From an uncultured Clostridiaceae bacterium (GTDB lineage: Bacteria; Bacillota; Clostridia; TANB77; CAG-508): 64,000 nt of DNA. The notes below the pieces were generated by a model, which was given only the letters and a program-made list of their open reading frames with translations, did no database searches and was not told the origin of the DNA. The stretch covers positions 15,389-79,388 of the forward strand of contig CANRSN010000008.1 of NCBI GenBank assembly GCA_947642455.1. Reading direction: 5' to 3'. Made by a program: the position numbers and the translations under genes. Of this stretch, positions 10,509 through 18,594 are shown piece by piece; the stretch's first letter is position 1, and every line of letters begins with the position of its first letter.

Positions 10509-11591
10509 ATGTTTGGTATTGAAATAAAAACAAGAATTACTGAAGACGGAAAAATTGAAACGATAATAGATGATGGAACAGATTCAAAAAGACATAAAAG
10601 AAATAAAAAAGGTATTAGTATTATAGATAGCATTAAAGATTATTGTGTTATTGATATAGAAACAACGGGACTTGATTCTAAATATGATGAAATTATTGAA
10701 ATTAGTGCATTAAAAGTAAGAGATAATAAAATCATTGATACATATACAAATTTAGTAAAACCTAAGCAAAGAATTTTTGTTAATAATAATGATGATGAAA
10801 CTGATTTTTGCATAGAAGGTGGAGAGAAAGTAAAGTATATAGATAACTTTATAACGGAGTTAACAGGTATAACTAATAAAATGCTTGAAAATGCTCTAGA
10901 TATTAGTGAAGTTTTATCATCATTTAATGAGTTTATAAATAATGATATATTGATAGGTCATAATGTTAATTTTGATATAAATTTTTTATATGATAATAAT
11001 ATGGAATATTTGCAAAAGCCTCTAACAAATAATTTTATAGATACATTAAGAATAGCAAGAAGAATTTTACCAGAATTAAAACACTATAGATTAGATGATT
11101 TGATAGAATATTTTAATAAACAAAAAAGAAATGAACATAGAGCTTTAAATGATTGTATTTTAACTAATGAAGTCTATACTGAATTGATATCTTTAGCAGT
11201 AGATAAGTTTGAAACTGTTGAAAATTTTAAAAATCAATTAAAAAAACATCATTCATCATCTTCAATAAAAGCAAAAGAAATAGTAGCAGAAACTACTGAA
11301 TTTGATGAAGAAAACCCTTTATATGATAAAGTATGTGTTTTTACAGGTACATTAGAAAAAATGTTACGAAAAGATGCGATGCAAAGTGTAGTTAATTTAG
11401 GTGGAATCTGTGGAGATTCTGTTACTTCTAAAACAAATTATTTAATATTGGGAAATAATGAGTATTGCCAAAATATAAAAGGTGGAAAAAGTAATAAACA
11501 GAAGAAAGCAGAGAAACTAAAAGTTAAAGGACAAGATATAGAAATTATATCTGAGAATGTCTTTTATGATATGGTAGAAGGTCGAGAATAA
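10509..11591 (+). CDS. DnaQ-like 3'-5' exonuclease fused to a C-terminal BRCT domain
   Basis: ExoI 'VIDIETTGLD', ExoII 'GHNVNFDINFL', ExoIII 'HRALNDC'. BRCT-like 'VCVFTGTLEKM..KTNYLILGN'. Confidence 0.7.
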   Translation: MFGIEIKTRITEDGKIETIIDDGTDSKRHKRNKKGISIIDSIKDYCVIDIETTGLDSKYDEIIEISALKVRDNKIIDTYTNLVKPKQRIFVNNNDDETDFCIEGGEKVKYIDNFITELTGITNKMLENALDISEVLSSFNEFINNDILIGHNVNFDINFLYDNNMEYLQKPLTNNFIDTLRIARRILPELKHYRLDDLIEYFNKQKRNEHRALNDCILTNEVYTELISLAVDKFETVENFKNQLKKHHSSSSIKAKEIVAETTEFDEENPLYDKVCVFTGTLEKMLRKDAMQSVVNLGGICGDSVTSKTNYLILGNNEYCQNIKGGKSNKQKKAEKLKVKGQDIEIISENVFYDMVEGRE

Positions 11592-11611
11592 TAATAAATA
11601 ATTCAATAAAA

Positions 11612-11914
11612 ATGAAAGAAAATAAACTTACTATATTTATTAATAAGCCAGTTGAAAAGGTATTTGAATATTCACTTGAATCAAACAATGTTCCTAAATG
11701 GATTACTTCGATTAAGGAAGAAATACCAGAAGAAAGACCAGTAAAATTGGGGACAAAATTAAGAAATGTTGGTGTTAATAGTACAGAATGGAATAAATAT
11801 GAGATGATTGAATTTGAATATTTTGAATGGGCAGAAAAGGGGGATTTAGATGGGTTAATGGAGATTTCTGCACTAGAAATATTAAAAGAATTAATTGAGA
11901 AGGAAGTATGGTAA
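11612..11914 (+). CDS. short SRPBCC-like protein
   Basis: The N-terminal pattern 'IFINKPVEKVFEY' is typical of SRPBCC/AHSA1-type proteins. Only 100 aa, so possibly truncated. Confidence 0.35.
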   Translation: MKENKLTIFINKPVEKVFEYSLESNNVPKWITSIKEEIPEERPVKLGTKLRNVGVNSTEWNKYEMIEFEYFEWAEKGDLDGLMEISALEILKELIEKEVW

Positions 11915-11919
11915 TTATT

Positions 11920-12324
11920 ATGGAATTTACTGAGTATGATAATAATAAACTAATCGATTTTTATATAAAAAATGGACTAGAATTTGATGAAAATAAAGGC
12001 TATTTTGGAGATAATATAAGATCATTTGTAATATTAGAAAATGAGCAAATAGTAGGAGCAGTTTCTATTTCTATATATAAAAATAAAAATTTTATCGAGG
12101 CTTTAGCAGTAGCTAAAGAGTATAGAAATAATGGATATGGAAAATTGCTACTAAAAAAAGCTATACAAGAACTAGCAAAACCAGTTTACACCATTTCAAA
12201 AGCAGATGAATTTTATAAAGAAAATGGCTTTGTATATAATAATGTTGATTTAATAGGTGAAGAATGTAAAACCTGTGAAAACTATAATATAACTTGTTTT
12301 CCAAAAGTAATGATATATGAATAA
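11920..12324 (+). CDS. GNAT family N-acetyltransferase
   Basis: 'IEALAVAKEYRNNGYGKLLLKKAI' is the acetyl-CoA-binding motif A. Confidence 0.7.
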   Translation: MEFTEYDNNKLIDFYIKNGLEFDENKGYFGDNIRSFVILENEQIVGAVSISIYKNKNFIEALAVAKEYRNNGYGKLLLKKAIQELAKPVYTISKADEFYKENGFVYNNVDLIGEECKTCENYNITCFPKVMIYE

Positions 12325-12331
12325 TATTTTG

Positions 12332-12361
12332 CGACTAAAAAATGTTTTAATTTTTTAGTCG
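12332..12361. terminator. bidirectional hairpin terminator
   Basis: cgactaaaaaa / ttttttagtcg arms, lying between convergent genes. Confidence 0.6.
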
Positions 12362-12396
12362 TAGCTTTAGCTTTAGTTTTAATATAATAAAGTTGC

Positions 12397-12846
12397 TTAT
12401 AATTCTAACTCAAAACTTTTTTCTCTTTCTTCTTTTTTGACTTGTTTTTCAGCATCTAATGAAGTGCTAGTTTCTTTTTCAAAATCTCTAATAATCTCAT
12501 CTTCAGAAGGTAAGTCAAATTTTTTACATATCCATTTTATGAATTTTTTAGTAGTTTCCTTAAATTTGTCAATTACTTTTTTTAAATGGCTATTTTCTTT
12601 TTCTAACCTATGAATTTTATTTTTATATTGCCATTCTAAATTAAATGATTTATGTTCAAATTCGTGTTCAAGTGTTTTTTTCTTTTCTGTGTATTCATAT
12701 TCTAAATTCTTAACAGTATTATGAAGTTCTTGATTATTAGCAATTATTGAGATTCTTTCTTTTTGGTATTTTTGAGCTTCATCAATAACTTTAGATTGTT
12801 TTGATAATTCGTTATGCAATTTTAGATTTGTTTGATATAATTCCAT
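12397..12846 (-). CDS. coiled-coil protein, possibly a remnant of a Mob/Pre-type C-terminus
   Basis: K/E-rich heptad-like sequence starting at 'MELYQTNLK'. The longer ORF extension to 13119 runs through a structured non-coding region. Confidence 0.35.
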   Translation of the reverse strand: MELYQTNLKLHNELSKQSKVIDEAQKYQKERISIIANNQELHNTVKNLEYEYTEKKKTLEHEFEHKSFNLEWQYKNKIHRLEKENSHLKKVIDKFKETTKKFIKWICKKFDLPSEDEIIRDFEKETSTSLDAEKQVKKEEREKSFELEL

Positions 12847-13096
12847 AATTTTATCATCTTTTGGCTTAATAATTTCATTTTCTACTTTTTCTCTATTAAG
12901 TTTTATGAGTTTAATATCATTTATTAGTATGGCGTTTGGTGGAATTACTACTATAAAAAGATTTAAATCAAGTAGCTCTTGACCAAGCCAAACAAGACAA
13001 CAAACCAAATGACCACAGACAAAATGAGGTTTAGCTAACCGAAAAGGGATGATGTAGCACTGTCGCTTCGATGCATTATCCTTTTTTATGAAAATG

Positions 13097-13174
13097 AAAA
13101 AAACTAAATGCTGTCGCACATTTAGTTTTTCTCGAACATCTATGAATAATGCTTTTTTGTATTTAACTTAAGTT
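13097..13174 (-). ncRNA. candidate ~78-nt sRNA (module A)
   Basis: Bounded by a consensus promoter (13181-13209) and a hairpin aaactaaatg/catttagttt with a U-run on the minus strand (13096-13128). A paralogous module lies at 16159-16232. Confidence 0.3.
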
Positions 13175-13180
13175 AAATAT

Positions 13181-13209
13181 AGTATACTACAATATTTAGT
13201 ATATGTCAA
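13181..13209 (-). promoter_or_regulatory. sigma-A-type promoter TTGACA-N17-TATACT overlapping the palindrome tagtatacta
   Basis: The minus strand reads ttgaca-tatactaaatattgtag-tatact. The palindromes aacttaagtt and tagtatacta lie adjacent to it. Confidence 0.5.
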
Positions 13210-13251
13210 ACGATTTTTTAAAATTCATTTTTGAGCAAAATTTATAAAATT

Positions 13252-13481
13252 TTAATCTTCTTCTACATCTTTAAATAATTTATCTGTAAAAAATTCATTT
13301 AATTCAATGCCAAATCCTTCGCATATATGTAATAAAGTAAAAAGTTTTGGACTAATCTATTGTCATTTTCTATTTTTGAAATTTCCTTTGATGTTAGTTC
13401 AATACCAAGTAATTGTAATTTTTCTGCTAAATCTTGTTGAGATAAATTAGCTTTTAATCTTAATTCTTTTACGTTTTTCAT
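13252..13481 (-). pseudogene. XRE-family HTH regulator with a frame break near 13349-13360
   Basis: 'LRLKANLSQQDLAEKLQLLGIELTSKEISKIENDNR', then in another frame 'SPKLFTLLHICEGFGIELNEFF..'. Confidence 0.65.
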
Positions 13482-13581
13482 TTTTTAAATAAATATTTGC
13501 TCCTTTCAGCAAGTATATAAGAGAAGAAATCTAAACTTCTCTAACACACTAGAGGACTTTTTTACAAAAAGTGCATATTAG

Positions 13582-13610
13582 TTGAAAATATGCAGAATAC
13601 ATACTATAAT
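13582..13610 (+). promoter_or_regulatory. promoter TTGAAA-N17-TATAAT for 13655 gene
   Basis: ttgaaa-atatgcagaatacatac-tataat. Confidence 0.5.
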
Positions 13611-13654
13611 CATATTATGTAACTATAAAATTATTACAGAAAGGTTGGTAAAAA

Positions 13655-14434
13655 ATGATTAAGTATTTTATGCGGAGGACTATTTATAAGGAGTTTGACA
13701 AAGAATCACAGGACATGCTTTTGCAACTGACTTCAAAGCAACACATAATCGTGATACTTTGTTTTATGTTTTGGGCAGTTGCCTTTATTTTCCCATACAT
13801 TCCAGTATTTATAATTGATGTATGTGAAGATATTGAGTTTTCTATGACTACTAAAATAGCAATTATAGCTTTTATGCTAATATGCATGGCTGGATTGCTA
13901 GTATCTATGAAAGTATTTAAAAGAGCTATGATTGTATTCTCACGGTTGTTGGCAGAAAGAATTTATTTTTTAGTATGCACAACCAAAGGCAAAGCTATTT
14001 GTAAAAATGAGTTTAAGATTATCAATAATGTAAACGAAGTGTTATATGAATTTATTGCAACTCAAATGTGTCAGGGATATTGCTACTCAATCTGTTTTGA
14101 CATATGTAAAACATTAAAAAAGGGGTGCATAGAATTTCTTGCAATAAAGAAATTTTCTCCACATGATGATGAAGAAAATGACGGAAAAGATTTTACAATG
14201 CATGTTCTCTATGTAAACAACGGCTGGGCTTTTGATACATATAGTTCTCGTCAATATCCGATTGAGAAATTGCACGAAATCTACAAAGCTAAAATTTATA
14301 AGTCTTTTAGTTTTGATGAAATTAGTAGCAAATCTTATGAAGAATTTAGAGAAGAACAATATCCTGAACTCGCAAAGTGGTCTATTGATAATAACTGTTC
14401 CATGCTTTCAAAAGGTGACAAGGAGGAAACTTAA
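13655..14434 (+). CDS. membrane-anchored protein with a possible papain-like Cys/His domain
   Basis: Two N-terminal hydrophobic helices. 'QGYCYSICF' and 'MHVLYVNNGWAFD' resemble the papain Q..C and H..N..W motifs. Confidence 0.5.
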   Translation: MIKYFMRRTIYKEFDKESQDMLLQLTSKQHIIVILCFMFWAVAFIFPYIPVFIIDVCEDIEFSMTTKIAIIAFMLICMAGLLVSMKVFKRAMIVFSRLLAERIYFLVCTTKGKAICKNEFKIINNVNEVLYEFIATQMCQGYCYSICFDICKTLKKGCIEFLAIKKFSPHDDEENDGKDFTMHVLYVNNGWAFDTYSSRQYPIEKLHEIYKAKIYKSFSFDEISSKSYEEFREEQYPELAKWSIDNNCSMLSKGDKEET

Positions 14435-14441
14435 ACATTTC

Positions 14442-14478
14442 ACGACTGGTTATACAACTTATAACCAGCCGTGTTTTT
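14442..14478 (+). terminator. intrinsic terminator
   Basis: acgactggttata / ataaccagccgt stem followed by a T-run. Confidence 0.6.
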
Positions 14479-14528
14479 ATGTGTAAAGATATGATTTTTT
14501 ATAAATTTGTTATATTATTTTTTACTAT

Positions 14529-14557
14529 TTGACTTTTTTTAAATATCTGTATATAAT
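14529..14557 (+). promoter_or_regulatory. promoter TTGACT-N17-TATAAT
   Basis: ttgact-ttttttaaatatctgta-tataat. Confidence 0.5.
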
Positions 14558-14563
14558 AAATAT

Positions 14564-14662
14564 GGAAAATGAATAACCGTAGTGAATGCGGTTACCACTA
14601 CATATAGTTATAACAACAAATTCGCGATTTGGTAGAGAGCAGAATGTGTTGTTATTTTTATT
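14564..14662 (+). ncRNA. candidate ~100-nt sRNA or leader
   Basis: Lies downstream of the consensus promoter. Hairpin taaccg/cggtta (14574-14594), then stem ataacaaca/tgttgttat (14610-14655) followed by tttttatt. No ORF. Confidence 0.3.
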
Positions 14663-14998
14663 CCTTATCTATTATTGAATTTACATATTTTATGTATAAA
14701 ATCGCCAATAAGGTTACGTTTATAGTTGTAGAAGCCATTAAGGATTTTTTATTTTCTAACATTTCTAACAATTTTTATTTATAACTCCATTTGTAATAGT
14801 AACTGAAATTATATTGTGTATATTACAAAGAATGATAAGAATAATATATTCATTGGAACAGACGATTTAAATAAAACTATTATGAATGATGTTGAAGGTG
14901 AAGTAGAACAATATATAAAAGAAAATAAAGATAAGTATATAAGAATCTAAGAAAAGTTTAAAGAAAAAGTAAAATAAATAAAAGAAAGAGGTAGTAAG

Positions 14999-15613
14999 AT
15001 GAGTGCAAATGATTATTTCAAAAATGATGAATATTGGGCTAATCATATAAATAAAGATTTGGAAGAAGATTTATGGATAGATGAGTATAAGACATACCTG
15101 AATTTAAAAGGTAAATGCTTGGATTTAGGTTGTGGAATTGGGCAATATTCAAAACAACTTATTAAGTATGGATATGATGTAATATCAGCAGATATATCAG
15201 ATATAGCTTTAAATAAAGTTAAAAGTTTTAATGAAAATATAGTGAAATTAGATATGAGAGATAAGTTTCCTTTTCCAGATAATGAATTTGACTTAGTGTT
15301 TGCAAATTTATCTATTCATTATTTTTCTGATGAAGATACTAGAAAGTTAATGCTAGAAATAAAAAGAATTATAAAAGAAGATGGATTATTCATTGGAAGT
15401 GTTAATGGAATTGAAGGATTAAAAGTAATAAGAAGTGAAGCCAAAGAAATTGAATATCATTTTTACGAGTATAAAGATAAACTAATAAGATTATTTGATA
15501 TCAATGATATAGAAAAATATTTAGCTGACTTTAATATTATAAAAATAGATGAGAGAGAAACTATAAGATTCAAAAATAAAAAGAATTATATAGTGTTTAT
15601 TGCAAAAAAATAA
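14999..15613 (+). CDS. class I SAM-dependent methyltransferase
   Basis: Motif I 'CLDLGCGIGQYS', with an acidic residue at 'ISADIS'. Confidence 0.7.
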   Translation: MSANDYFKNDEYWANHINKDLEEDLWIDEYKTYLNLKGKCLDLGCGIGQYSKQLIKYGYDVISADISDIALNKVKSFNENIVKLDMRDKFPFPDNEFDLVFANLSIHYFSDEDTRKLMLEIKRIIKEDGLFIGSVNGIEGLKVIRSEAKEIEYHFYEYKDKLIRLFDINDIEKYLADFNIIKIDERETIRFKNKKNYIVFIAKK

Positions 15614-15638
15614 ACTAAAGGTATTCTTGAATATAAGC

Positions 15639-15667
15639 TTGCAGTTTTATGTGAAATGTTATATAAT
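15639..15667 (+). promoter_or_regulatory. promoter TTGCAG-N17-TATAAT
   Basis: ttgcag-ttttatgtgaaatgtta-tataat. Confidence 0.45.
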
Positions 15668-15711
15668 ATTACTTAAAAAGGACTTTTTTATAACTTAATT
15701 CCTGTATTCAC

Positions 15712-15790
15712 TAATTAGTGGAGGAAGTATCCTCATACTTTTTGGTTTAACATATATAACAAGAAAACAACAATAAAAGGAAATGGAGGA
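15712..15790 (+). repeat. structured leader, copy L (inverted partner at 19321-19398)
   Basis: About 80% identity to the reverse complement of 19321-19398. Includes hairpin gagga-agta-tcctc and the RBS ggagg. Confidence 0.6.
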
Positions 15791-15797
15791 TCTTATT

Positions 15798-16049
15798 ATG
15801 AACGATGAAAAAAAGATGAACAGTTTAAGGACAGTAGTTCGGAATAGCAAATTTATACCTATGCTTGTCCTGATATTCATTGAAATGCTTGCAGTAGGGC
15901 GTGTGCTTTTGTGTATTCTTATTTTGCTTTTTATTACCATTGAATTGGTTTTAAGTGGAATTTTAAAAGACAGTAAAGGAATTGTAGCAGGTAGTGCGTG
16001 GTATGTATTATGGTTAATTGCTTTAATTGTAAACTTGTTCAGAATTTAA
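15798..16049 (+). CDS. small hydrophobic membrane protein (83 aa)
   Basis: RBS 'aatggagg' upstream of the ATG at 15798. Contains 2-3 predicted TM helices. Confidence 0.5.
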   Translation: MNDEKKMNSLRTVVRNSKFIPMLVLIFIEMLAVGRVLLCILILLFITIELVLSGILKDSKGIVAGSAWYVLWLIALIVNLFRI

Positions 16050-16119
16050 TCATCCCAAAAAGAAAATTATTTCTTTTTCCTTGTAAAAGCCAGAAGACAA
16101 GCAAGACTAGAAATAGTTG

Positions 16120-16153
16120 ATAGAAGTGTATTGCTACTGCACTTCTATTTTTT
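16120..16153 (+). terminator. intrinsic terminator of the small membrane gene
   Basis: atagaagtg / cacttctat followed by tttttt. Confidence 0.55.
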
Positions 16154-16158
16154 AGGCA

Positions 16159-16232
16159 AAAAAATAGAACTAAATGTTGCTACCCATTTAGTTCGTGTTA
16201 TTTAAATGACCTCACATTGAATAACTTAAGTT
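16159..16232 (-). ncRNA. candidate ~74-nt sRNA (module B)
   Basis: Promoter at 16239-16266 (minus strand). Hairpin gaactaaatg/catttagttc with a U-run on the minus strand (16158-16194). The 5' end 'atttaacttaagtta' is shared with module A. Confidence 0.3.
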
Positions 16233-16238
16233 AAATAT

Positions 16239-16266
16239 AGTATACTACTTTTTGATTATATGTCAA
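16239..16266 (-). promoter_or_regulatory. promoter TTGACA-N16-TATACT overlapping the palindrome tagtatacta
   Basis: The minus strand reads ttgaca-tataatcaaaaagtag-tatact. Confidence 0.45.
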
Positions 16267-16284
16267 ATGAAATTTATGTTATCA

Positions 16285-16347
16285 GTTTTTTGAAAAAGGT
16301 GTCAATAGTTTTTTGAAAAAGGTGTCAATAGTTTTTTGAAAAAGGTC
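16285..16347. repeat. 23-bp tandem direct repeat, 2.7 copies
   Basis: gttttttgaaaaaggtgtcaata occurs twice, followed by the partial copy gttttttgaaaaaggtc. Confidence 0.9.
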
Positions 16348-16457
16348 GAAAAAATCAATAAAAAATGATATACTAATTATGTTAATTTTTTAATCCTGTT
16401 TTACAGGTTGATATATAGACTGCAAATGTAAAATAATTATTTTAAGGAGGGTTTTAT

Positions 16458-16946
16458 ATGTTGATTCTGATTTTAGGGATAACAATAATTATGTTTATTA
16501 CATTTCTTGTGTTACGTAGAAGATACGCTGATAGGTACTCTGAAAGTTATCTTACTGTGTATGATTTCTTTTCAACAATGTGTTGGATATCTGGTATCAT
16601 ATGTGTAGGCTTAATTATTATAATTTGTTACTTAGTAACAAATGTAGCGACCGAAAGTGTTATTGATAGCAAAATTGCAATGTACCAAGAAGAAAATGCA
16701 TATATTGAACAAGACATTGACAAAATTATCAAACAATATTTGGAACATGAACATGACACATTTTCTGACCTAAAAATGGAAGAAAGCTCAATTACTTTGG
16801 TTACATTTTTTCCAGAACTCAAGTCTGATACTCTTGTACAGCAACAATTAGAAATTTATGTTGCTAACAATGCCAAGATAAAAAGCTTGAAGGAGAAGAA
16901 AATTAATCTTATCAAGATTAGATGGATACTTTATTTTGGTAAATAA
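16458..16946 (+). CDS. membrane protein (two N-terminal TM helices plus a coiled-coil tail)
   Basis: RBS 'aaggagg'. Hydrophobic N-terminus. Confidence 0.5.
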   Translation: MLILILGITIIMFITFLVLRRRYADRYSESYLTVYDFFSTMCWISGIICVGLIIIICYLVTNVATESVIDSKIAMYQEENAYIEQDIDKIIKQYLEHEHDTFSDLKMEESSITLVTFFPELKSDTLVQQQLEIYVANNAKIKSLKEKKINLIKIRWILYFGK

Positions 16947-16993
16947 TTGAAACACAAAGACTGTTTGTTGCTGAAAAGATATCAAACATTTTT

Positions 16994-17157
16994 TATACAA
17001 TAAGAAAGTCATACTGACTTTTCTTATTGTATAAAAAGCTTCGCAAACATTGTGCACAAATTTAAAAAAAATTTGGCACAGAACAAATTTACGGAAAGCC
17101 AAAGAGAAGAGTTAAAGTTGTGCTAAATTAAAGGCTTTCCGATTTGTTCTATTTTTT
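16994..17157 (+). repeat. three-hairpin intergenic element H1
   Basis: Hairpin A tatacaataagaaagtca/tgacttttcttattgtata, linker aaaagcttcgc, hairpin B, and hairpin C gaacaaatttacggaaagcc/ggctttccgatttgttc followed by a T-run. Homologous to 18971-19131. Confidence 0.7.
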
Positions 17158-17168
17158 AGTCATTTCTA

Positions 17169-17196
17169 TTGCGATTTATTAAAATTATGATATACT
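17169..17196 (+). promoter_or_regulatory. promoter TTGCGA-N16-(TG)TATACT
   Basis: ttgcga-tttattaaaattatga-tatact. Confidence 0.4.
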
Positions 17197-17231
17197 TTAA
17201 TACATCATAAAAATGCAAGGAGGAAACGAAA

Positions 17232-18203
17232 ATGACAAATGGCATTATTTCAAAAGCAAATTCAAAAGAGAAGGAAATGTTAGAACGGTTAAAACTATTA
17301 GAGCAAAGCTTAGTAAGCAAATCAGAAATTAGTATTATTGGTCATGATAACATTGACGTTGATGCTGTTTTATCTGGAGTGTTACTTTCAAGGTTGCTCA
17401 AGTTCTTGAACATCAATGCTAACTTCATAATTTTACAACCTATTAGAAAACATAATACCTACGAAATTGTAAGTGAGTTAACGGGTGTTAATATGTATTC
17501 TTATGAAGAAAAAAACGAAAAAGAGTTACGGAATCTCTTTTTAGTTGACCACTATGAGACAACACACAAAGGGAAGGTGGTTGGATGCATTGATCATCAT
17601 CCAACAGAAAAAGAAAATACGTATGAATTTTCATATGTAAGAAACAGTTCAGCTACAGCCTATTTGGTTTATGAATTGATGAAAATAGCAAATTATCCTT
17701 TAACAGCCGAAGAAGCTAAAATGATTATTGTTTCAATGATGATAGATACAACAGCATTTAAAAGTAGTAAAACAGTATCAGAGGAAGTTGAAGTTGCAAA
17801 AATTCTTGCAAAAAAATTTAATCTTGACTATGAGTATTTAGAAAGGTATTGTCTTTGCTTAACTCCTATTGAAAAAATGAACATTGATGAAATAACGTCA
17901 AATGGACAAAAGGAGTATAATTATAATGCACATAAGGTAAAGTCTGCTTATTTGCAACTTTATGGTATGCCAGATGAAGCAACAATAAACAAATGGCTTA
18001 CTTATTTAAAAAGTAAAGTTTCAGGTAAAACATCAAGTATCGAAATGATGGTATTTATTATTTTTGATACAAAATCAAATATTACTTATGAATATCAAGT
18101 AATGCAGTATTATGCAAAAAAGATTATTCATAATGGAATATTATCAAGAGGAAAAGATATTATGCCTGAAATTGAAAAAAGATATTGCAATGTAAAAAGC
18201 TAA
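17232..18203 (+). CDS. DHH-family phosphoesterase
   Basis: 'IIGHDNIDVDAV' (motif I/II), 'CIDHHPT' (DHH), and a DHHA-like C-terminal half. Confidence 0.7.
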   Translation: MTNGIISKANSKEKEMLERLKLLEQSLVSKSEISIIGHDNIDVDAVLSGVLLSRLLKFLNINANFIILQPIRKHNTYEIVSELTGVNMYSYEEKNEKELRNLFLVDHYETTHKGKVVGCIDHHPTEKENTYEFSYVRNSSATAYLVYELMKIANYPLTAEEAKMIIVSMMIDTTAFKSSKTVSEEVEVAKILAKKFNLDYEYLERYCLCLTPIEKMNIDEITSNGQKEYNYNAHKVKSAYLQLYGMPDEATINKWLTYLKSKVSGKTSSIEMMVFIIFDTKSNITYEYQVMQYYAKKIIHNGILSRGKDIMPEIEKRYCNVKS

Positions 18204-18417
18204 GCTAAGAAAGATTTTGGTAATCAAAGGAATTTGCTGAATTTTTATACCGTTAGTAAGCAAAATTATTAAAAAACTAAACAATTTTGTCTAGTTTTTT
18301 AGATCTCTTTAATTAATATTAAGCTAGAATAAGTCATATCTGTATGACATAAAAGTTTCTAGAGGAAAAATAGAAGAAACTTTTAAAACTATTTTACACT
18401 ATGATGATTCTAAAATG

Positions 18418-18446
18418 TTGACATTTTATGTAAAATATGATATAAT
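18418..18446 (+). promoter_or_regulatory. promoter TTGACA-N17-(TG)TATAAT
   Basis: ttgaca-ttttatgtaaaatatga-tataat. Confidence 0.55.
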
Positions 18447-18594
18447 AAACATGTACAATATATTTATTTGAGATTGAGAATATTTTCTTGATTGATTCGC
18501 CACATTATAGGTGGTAAGAAATCAAGAGTAGCTCATTGAAGGAAAAAATAGTAAAACAAAAAATAATAAGAATAATTTACAGGAGGATTTTACT

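Noticed and set aside
12847-13119. N-terminal 91 codons of the 240-aa minus-strand ORF 12397-13119
   Set aside because: This part crosses the terminator hairpin and the structured, GC-richer segment that is paralogous to non-coding 16091-16200. The sequence (Cys/Phe/Val-rich) does not resemble the coiled-coil remainder. It is treated as non-coding leader.
16285-16347. Possible CRISPR array
   Set aside because: The 23-bp units are directly abutting with no spacers. There are only 2.7 copies and no cas genes in the window.
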